Source of the DNA: a virus
Reading direction: 5' to 3' (one strand)
IMG/VR virus record: IMGVR_UViG_2802429369_000001
DNA length: 44,853 nucleotides
The first letter of the stretch is position 1. Every line of letters starts with the position of its first letter. The translations under genes and the position numbers were made by a program. The notes under the pieces are model-generated. The model made no database searches and was not told where the DNA came from. It worked only from the letters and a program-made list of their open reading frames with translations. Positions 40,167 through 44,853 of the stretch are shown here, piece by piece.

Positions 40167-41453
40167 TTAATCTGGCAGCGTATCGAACTTGGAATCGTCG
40201 GCGCTGTTCGTGGCATCAAGACGCCCACCATTAAGCGCATGGTCAGCCGCTTTAGGCGTTTTGCAGTTACGCGCCATGATGCGCAGTGCGTTAACGTCGA
40301 GCGCTTTGGCTTCGTCTTCGGTCGCCAGCTTGGCCTCTACCACGGTTTCTACCAGGGTGGTTTTTTCAGCTTCGGCAGCGGCTTCTTTCTCGGCGTTAAT
40401 CGCGTCGAGCTTGTCTTGCAGGGGTTTAACTGCATCAGCAATGGCTTGCGCCTGATTCGCTTGCAGTGTTTCGGCCTGCTTGTCGAGCATGGCCTGTAGC
40501 TCTTCAGTCGTCATTTGCGGTTCCTCGGTAGACGTTTGAGAGTTGGTTTGCAGGCCAGCGGCCTCGTGTGGTTTGCCCGGCGTGTTGCCGAACATTTTAG
40601 AAAGCGTGTTTCGAATGGTATTGGTGACGGCTTCCCAGGAAGTCTGGCGTTGAACTTCTTGGCGTGTATCGGAAAGCGTGATAACGCCATCAATAACGCC
40701 ATAGCCGATTTTGTACGCCTTGTTGGTATCCATCTCGAAAAAGATTATCGAGTCAGCATTAAAATCGTCTACATAGCCTTCGCCGTATTTATCTCTAGCA
40801 ACGCGCTGAAGCTCTTGGCGCATATTATCAACGCTGCCGGGTAGCTCTTCGTTAAGCACCAGCTCTGAGTTGACGACTTCGACTTGCTCGCCAGCGGAGT
40901 TGACCATCATGCCAACACCGTCAGCTGTGCTAATGGCGGGCGTCTCGGAAATCAGGATGGCATCGTGATCGAATGCAAAGCTATTGCCCACCCACTCATA
41001 GTCAGCGCCTTCGGGTGCTGGTTCGCGCTGCATCAGCAATCCGGTACTGGTACTAATCGGCTTGCCTTCGTCAATCGCCGCCAGCAGCTTGCGACCGTTC
41101 TCGCTGTTCTGGGCAAACTCAACGTCGATAACCTTATCGGCAAAAACGCGGTCGCCTTCGATGCGTGGGTTGGTATTCCACGCGCCTGCCCAGAAGCCGT
41201 TAATGGCCTCTGGCGTGCGTGCGCTAACAAACTGGTTATTCACCACCGGGTGCCCAAGCGGCGCGGGCAAACCTTCCAACTGCTGGTAGCTAGCCTCTAG
41301 CTCAGCGCGTGGGTAGAAAATGTTGTTTAACACCGTGTCGAACTTTGCCACAGCGCTAGGCACCACAATCACCTCACGGCCATTGCGCTGTTCGCGCTTG
41401 ATGGCAGCGTTGTTGACGCGGTGCTTGATGTTGACGCGGATTTGGTTGGTCAT
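40167..41453 (-). CDS. Scaffold / prohead protease-like protein (DUF2213-like N-terminus, coiled-coil C-terminus)
   Basis: Trimmed to ATG 41453, which has GAGG 4 nt upstream. The C-terminal Ala/Glu/Lys-rich helix is TEELQAMLDKQAETLQANQAQAIADAVKPLQDKLDAINAEKEAAAEAEK. Confidence 0.55.
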   Translation of the reverse strand: MTNQIRVNIKHRVNNAAIKREQRNGREVIVVPSAVAKFDTVLNNIFYPRAELEASYQQLEGLPAPLGHPVVNNQFVSARTPEAINGFWAGAWNTNPRIEGDRVFADKVIDVEFAQNSENGRKLLAAIDEGKPISTSTGLLMQREPAPEGADYEWVGNSFAFDHDAILISETPAISTADGVGMMVNSAGEQVEVVNSELVLNEELPGSVDNMRQELQRVARDKYGEGYVDDFNADSIIFFEMDTNKAYKIGYGVIDGVITLSDTRQEVQRQTSWEAVTNTIRNTLSKMFGNTPGKPHEAAGLQTNSQTSTEEPQMTTEELQAMLDKQAETLQANQAQAIADAVKPLQDKLDAINAEKEAAAEAEKTTLVETVVEAKLATEDEAKALDVNALRIMARNCKTPKAADHALNGGRLDATNSADDSKFDTLPD

Positions 41454-41481
41454 AGCCTCAACCCATAAAATCAATGCCCAC

Positions 41482-41490
41482 AGTATAGCA
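41482..41490 (-). promoter_or_regulatory. TGCTATACT motif, 28 nt before the scaffold gene ATG in module B
   Basis: Plus strand reads agtatagca. The homologous TTCATACT in module A lies at 7736-7743. Confidence 0.5.
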
Positions 41491-41540
41491 CGGCTATCAC
41501 GTCGCGCAAAGCGGTGCAAGCGGCATGGCTCGCCGAGGTG

Positions 41541-41587
41541 CGTTACGCCGAAAAACAGGGTGCCGTTACAAACGTTACAAACGTTAC
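41541..41587. repeat. CGTTAC at 41541, plus three at exact 9-bp spacing (41564, 41573, 41582)
   Basis: The sequence reads ccgttacaaacgttacaaacgttac. Confidence 0.9.
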
Positions 41588-41743
41588 AGCCCTAAGTAAA
41601 CTTGTACCGGTTAAAAATCCAATGGATTCAAAGGCTTGTGACATATATAACAATAATTACAGAAAATAGATATATATATAGAGGTCTGACTCTCTAAGTG
41701 ACTGCTAGTGTTTATGTATATGTGACTATCGTTCGCAAAACAG

Positions 41744-41864
41744 CGTAACAAACGTACCGTTTGTATAAGTATATGATATTTAAAAGAAAACACCCGTTAC
41801 GCTGCAATTTTTAAGCGTTACGCACTTTTGAAACGTAACGCTTGGCCGTTGACGTAAGCGTAAG
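41744..41864. repeat. Distal hexamer cluster of module B
   Basis: CGTAAC 41744 and CGTACC 41753 (9-bp spacing), CGTTAC 41795 and 41816, CGTAAC 41834, CGTAAG 41853 and 41859. Confidence 0.85.
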
Positions 41865-41884
41865 CTGTGCGTATTTCCGCACAC

Positions 41885-41907
41885 AAAAAACCCGCCAGGG
41901 TGGCGGG
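41885..41907 (-). terminator. Intrinsic terminator preceding module B
   Basis: CCCGCC-accct-GGCGGG followed by T6. Confidence 0.75.
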
Positions 41908-41930
41908 TTGGGTGCACGAATGGTGTGCCG

Positions 41931-42146
41931 CTATTCGCTATCCAGCCACACCGCATGCTCAATCGCACTCTGAATTTGCTCGGCCAGCGTGCCATCAACG
42001 CACTCTGGCAACTCAATATCGCTGCCGTCCGGCCCATACGTATTGACCCATGCCGCGCCGCTCTCGACATTAACTTCAATCACGTACCCCTCTGGCAGGC
42101 TCTCTGCCGCTTCTTCAATCGCTTGATCTACGCTAAGTTTACTCAT
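41931..42146 (-). CDS. Hypothetical acidic protein (71 aa)
   Basis: ATGA overlap at 42146. It is followed by terminator 41885-41907. Confidence 0.5.
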   Translation of the reverse strand: MSKLSVDQAIEEAAESLPEGYVIEVNVESGAAWVNTYGPDGSDIELPECVDGTLAEQIQSAIEHAVWLDSE

Positions 42147-42574
42147 CCCAAACACTCCATCAGAAACAGCCTATCCCAAACATACCGCCCATTAGCGGTG
42201 CGCTCCAAGTTCGCCATTATCGCATCCCTAGCTTCTTGCAGCTCGCTGATTATCATTTGCTGACCTACCTCGGCCTCAGCCTCGCGTGTCTCATGGCTGC
42301 CGTCATCGTAGCGCAGCACTAGGCGGGCAACGATGCGCCACCGCATCGGGGCGTGCGTGGCATAGGTGGCAATGTCCTGCTGCTTGCTCACAGGCACATG
42401 CGCCGGAAACGTCCACTCGCCCTCAAACTCCCCACCGATATGCCGCCCGGTGGCGCGCAATCCTACACACCATCGCCTAGCGTTCGTCTGGTAGTGCTGG
42501 TATTGCTTCTTGCTTACCAGCCGCTTACGGCGCTTAATCTCGCCTGCCTGGGCGCGTTTCTGGGCGCGGTTCAT
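42143..42574 (-). CDS. Hypothetical protein with very basic N-terminus (143 aa)
   Basis: N-terminus MNRAQKRAQAGEIKRRKRLVSKK. Coupled ORF. Confidence 0.55.
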   Translation of the reverse strand: MNRAQKRAQAGEIKRRKRLVSKKQYQHYQTNARRWCVGLRATGRHIGGEFEGEWTFPAHVPVSKQQDIATYATHAPMRWRIVARLVLRYDDGSHETREAEAEVGQQMIISELQEARDAIMANLERTANGRYVWDRLFLMECLG

Positions 42575-42834
42575 TGGTCGCCCTCCGGTGCATAAACAAC
42601 CGCCGCATGTATTGCCGCGCGCATATCGCCAAACGGCATGTAAGACTCACTGGCAGCGTCTACCATCTCCTCAGTTGGTTCGACGGGCACGCATTTGTAC
42701 CCCTCCGGGCACCGCGCCTGCCATGCGGCCCAAGCCTCATCCGCTGCCGTATGGTAATAACTTCCGTCCACCATTACGCCCAAACCCATGTTTCGGCTCT
42801 GCGCCCATGCCTCAAACCGCTCTCTCTCAGTCAT
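42571..42834 (-). CDS. Hypothetical protein (87 aa)
   Basis: Coupled ORF. Confidence 0.5.
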   Translation of the reverse strand: MTERERFEAWAQSRNMGLGVMVDGSYYHTAADEAWAAWQARCPEGYKCVPVEPTEEMVDAASESYMPFGDMRAAIHAAVVYAPEGDQ

Positions 42835-43015
42835 AACTCCACTCCTTCAATTCACGCTCCAGCGCCATCTCTTCTAGCCGCCTGTCGATGAGTGGCCGCT
42901 TGGCGTAGTGTTTTTCGGTCGCGTACACGTCGTTACGGATGCGCGATTGGTGTTTGGTTTCGGATAATCCGCCTTGGATTTTGCCGGTGAAGCTGGGGAT
43001 TGTGTATGTAGTCAT
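42827..43015 (-). CDS. Hypothetical protein (62 aa)
   Basis: Trimmed to the ATGA overlap at 43015. Confidence 0.45.
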   Translation of the reverse strand: MTTYTIPSFTGKIQGGLSETKHQSRIRNDVYATEKHYAKRPLIDRRLEEMALERELKEWSYD

Positions 43016-43290
43016 AATGACCTCCGGTTCCAATCATCAACAAACCGACTAACCATGGACGCCCATAATCTATAATCCGCCGCCTTAAAATCATTGCAGA
43101 AAAATAGATCATTCCTGCCCATGCCCATCACCGAACAGCATCGCTCCTGGCTAACAAAGTGGCCTATCGAACCATGCGCTGAATACTCACTGTCTACATG
43201 TGCGCTAACATTAGGGGTTTTTGCGCAAAACGGGCAGGGCTTCATCCTGGCTAGTTTTCGGCGAACTTTCTTTTCATATTTATTCATCAT
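43012..43290 (-). CDS. Lar-like (restriction alleviation family) small Cys protein, tentative
   Basis: The N-terminus KPCPFCAKTP, followed by further Cys residues, resembles the Lar family signature as I recall it. Confidence 0.4.
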   Translation of the reverse strand: MMNKYEKKVRRKLARMKPCPFCAKTPNVSAHVDSEYSAHGSIGHFVSQERCCSVMGMGRNDLFFCNDFKAADYRLWASMVSRFVDDWNRRSL

Positions 43291-43326
43291 TCCCTCCTAA
43301 ATGCCCGCGCTAGGCGGGCGGTTGTG

Positions 43327-43542
43327 TTAGAAAGCAACAATCATGTATAGCGTTTTGAAGATTGTGATTACCGCCCCAAGCGCCGTGATGCAAATTAGAG
43401 AAAAAATCATTCCGGCAAAAATGCTGGCAGGCATTGACATGCAGCGAGCATCAGCTTCATCACTCGCCATCATTTTTCGATACATTCTTTTGTAACCCAT
43501 ATAGAACGTTGCAGCCATAAATGCCAAATATGCGATGCCCAT
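43327..43542 (-). CDS. Small membrane protein, two TM segments (71 aa)
   Basis: GGGAG lies upstream. Hydrophobic segments IAYLAFMAATFYMGY and IFAGMIFSLICITALGAVITIF. It appears AT-richer than its neighbours by eye. Confidence 0.6.
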   Translation of the reverse strand: MGIAYLAFMAATFYMGYKRMYRKMMASDEADARCMSMPASIFAGMIFSLICITALGAVITIFKTLYMIVAF

Positions 43543-43572
43543 GTTTATTCCACTCCCGTTGCGTTATCGATA

Positions 43573-43620
43573 CCCAAACAATAAACCCCAGCTGCTGCCG
43601 GGGCTAATGGTATTTTTTTA
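43573..43620 (-). repeat. Family-2 intergenic element, copy 2
   Basis: mRNA sense is AAAAAAATACCATTAG-CCCCGGCAGCAGCTGGGG-TTTATTGTTTGGG. Confidence 0.6.
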
Positions 43621-43644
43621 TCGTGTAGCGGCGGGTGATAGGCG

Positions 43645-44604
43645 CTATCTATCAGGCTCAAACGCGGCGCGCTGTTTTTCAAGCCTCGCCTCTAACGGCC
43701 CAAGGATGGGCTTTCCATCATCGCCAATCAAAACACTGACTTGTGAGCACTTGCAGTTCACCGATTCACCCCCCTGGCTATAAAACTCCGCCACATCTTG
43801 AGCGGTTAGCACCTGCGAGTGCTTGCGTGCATGGCTCGCTCGGGTAGTTGGACTCAATGCGCTCAGCCACAAGAGCTGCGTGTTAATGCCTAGTCGTTCG
43901 CGTGCGTCTTGGTTTTCATCTCTAGTGGCGCGCCTTAATGCGCTACCTATCTCAGTCCGCGCAATGGTCTCTGCCCTACGCTCAGCAATCCCAAACCGCG
44001 CACGTATATCCTTCGCCACCGTACGCGGATTCAATCCATCCTCAACGCCCTGGCTAAGCACGCGCCCCAAATCGGTAGCCGTGTCGCCGTTGAATGATTC
44101 CATCTGCTCGAAGACACGCGACCGCACCAACGCCACCCGCCGCTGCCACGGCTCCGACGCCAGCACCTGGGTGATCTCCCGCGTGTAGTCATCTGTCAGC
44201 GCCGCAAGTTGCGCGACTGCGGTTCCGGTACCTGCTTCGTAGGCAAGCACCGTTTGCGCGGCCATATAATCCGGTGGCACCTCGATACCCAGTCGGCGGC
44301 GTATCTCCTCGATAATAAGGCGCAGCTCCTCGACGCTAATCAGGTAGTCGTAGCGCGTTTCGTTGACCAAATAGCCCGGCACGCTAGCATTAATCGTAAT
44401 CTCGCGCTTAGGTATCTCTTCGAAACGCTTAAGCACCCATCGGCGAACATCACGCAAGCCGCGTTTTAGGCGGCTGACGGTTTGTTGCTGCAGTCGGGCA
44501 CCGCCAACGGGGTTCTCTGTGTTGCGGGGTAGGGTGGGGTATTTAGGCATTCCGACCACCACACTTGCGCCCACGCTCAGCATCAGCACATAAATAGCGG
44601 TCAT
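43645..44604 (-). CDS. Minor head protein (phage Mu F / SPP1 gp7 family)
   Basis: Contains RRAETIARTEIGSALRRAT and the C-terminal NCKCS motif. The start is uncertain (44604 or 44550). Confidence 0.7.
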   Translation of the reverse strand: MTAIYVLMLSVGASVVVGMPKYPTLPRNTENPVGGARLQQQTVSRLKRGLRDVRRWVLKRFEEIPKREITINASVPGYLVNETRYDYLISVEELRLIIEEIRRRLGIEVPPDYMAAQTVLAYEAGTGTAVAQLAALTDDYTREITQVLASEPWQRRVALVRSRVFEQMESFNGDTATDLGRVLSQGVEDGLNPRTVAKDIRARFGIAERRAETIARTEIGSALRRATRDENQDARERLGINTQLLWLSALSPTTRASHARKHSQVLTAQDVAEFYSQGGESVNCKCSQVSVLIGDDGKPILGPLEARLEKQRAAFEPDR

Positions 44605-44728
44605 GCCACACTAGGCCAGCGCATCGGCAGCCTAGTGGGCTGTTCTCGCTGGGCAGTCGAGCGGCTAGATACCACTTATCCAGCGTTGCGGTTGCGGCTA
44701 CCCATCGCCATGTTTGTAGAATGTTCAT
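44543..44728 (-). CDS. Doubtful small ORF (61 aa)
   Basis: ATGA-coupled to the junction-spanning ORF, but it overlaps the minor head gene by 62 nt and has an odd composition. Confidence 0.25.
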   Translation of the reverse strand: MNILQTWRWVAATATLDKWYLAARLPSENSPLGCRCAGLVWHDRYLCADAERGRKCGGRNA

Positions 44729-44838
44729 ACCATCCCCTTAGGCCGCATATCCAGCCACTTCATCTGCAAATACCACTGAAACGCAGCCACCTCTTGGTAT
44801 TTGGCGGTTTCGTACCAGTGTTGGTGTGTTTCGGTCAT
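44725..44838 (-). CDS. Small ORF (37 aa) lying mostly in the terminal repeat and spanning the circular junction
   Basis: The same ATG occurs at 84 in the left repeat copy, where it overlaps the stop of the DUF551-like gene (ATGA). Translation is MTETHQHWYETAKYQEVAAFQWYLQMKWLDMRPKGMV. Confidence 0.4.
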   Translation of the reverse strand: MTETHQHWYETAKYQEVAAFQWYLQMKWLDMRPKGMV

Positions 44839-44853
44839 TGTGGTGGCTCCGGA
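44755..44853. repeat. Second copy of the 99-bp terminal repeat
   Basis: Identical to 1-99. Confidence 0.95.

Larger units (their letters stand above)
41454..41930 (-). promoter_or_regulatory. Gene-free module B (477 bp), paralogue of module A
   Basis: Same order of elements as module A. Block identities are 28/31 nt (41591-41621 vs 7873-7903) and 34/39 nt (41744-41782 vs 8033-8071). Contains 11 GTNAC pentamers. Confidence 0.7.

Noticed and set aside
41500-41530. Possible sigma54 promoter (CTTGCACCGCTTTGCG on the mRNA strand) between the hexamer array and the -10-like element of module B.
   Set aside because: The GG/GC spacing is one nucleotide short and the -24 GG is TG. Module A has no counterpart.
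44543-44728. Idea that the 61-aa ORF and the minor head gene are one gene broken by a frameshift.
   Set aside because: No slippery sequence is seen in the 62-nt overlap, and I have no family alignment to show a missing N-terminus. It is kept only as a low-confidence ORF.
1-44853. Search for tRNA, rRNA, CRISPR arrays, integrase/att sites and reverse transcriptase (DGR or retron).
   Set aside because: No cloverleaf-compatible sequence with a GTTCGAATC-type T-arm occurs in any gap. There are no spaced direct repeats. There is no tyrosine or serine recombinase and no RT motif (YxDD) in any ORF. The DUF1566 protein therefore has no DGR partner.

Overview
This window is a complete, circularly closed genome of a tailed dsDNA phage. 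The first and last 99 bp are identical (an assembler-style overlap), leaving 44,754 bp of unique sequence. The tail genes are siphovirus-type. The host is probably a proteobacterium, judging from the lambda-type holin, the GH19 endolysin and the SSB tail ending DDSIPF.

Four transcription blocks are visible:
1. A minus-strand replication operon, 13199 down to 8183: small HTH regulator, DEAH helicase, VRR-NUC nuclease, and a prim-pol/SF3 primase-helicase.
2. A minus-strand packaging and early-head operon, 7706 down to 81, continuing through the window ends from 44838 down to 41931: six small genes, terS, an HNH gene, terL, two unknown genes, portal, a DUF551-like gene, a Mu-F/SPP1-gp7 minor head protein, and six small accessory genes.
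3. A minus-strand late operon, 41453 down to 21655: scaffold/protease, decoration-like protein, major capsid, connectors, an accessory island, tail genes with a G/GT-type -1 frameshift, a 1683-aa tape measure, fibres, the lysis cassette, and a second HNH gene.
4. A plus-strand early/middle operon, 13294 to 21577: PD-(D/E)XK exonuclease, an unknown 216-aa protein, SSB, a beta-class DNA methyltransferase translationally coupled to an SNF2 helicase, dUTPase, small membrane proteins, and a DUF3310 protein.

I found no tRNA, rRNA, CRISPR array, integrase, CI-type repressor or reverse transcriptase.

The signals that gene annotation does not explain are:
- Two paralogous gene-free modules of 476 and 477 bp (7707-8182 and 41454-41930). 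Each sits between an intrinsic terminator and the first gene of a late operon. Each carries phased CGTTAC/GTNAC hexamer arrays on both sides of an AT-rich core.
- The nine-mer TGCTAWACT, present six times, always intergenic and co-oriented with the genes. Three copies sit in a fixed cassette of motif, hairpin, T-run and ATG.
- A second family of intergenic elements with conserved flanks around a variable GC-rich centre.
- A roughly 215-nt multi-hairpin leader that displays an orphan 12-nt complement of the 16S rRNA 3' end.
- Interleaved stems with pseudoknot topology after the major tail gene.
- A lysis cassette with two holin-like proteins and no recognisable spanin.

All functional calls rest on motif recognition by eye and on gene order. 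No database search was run.
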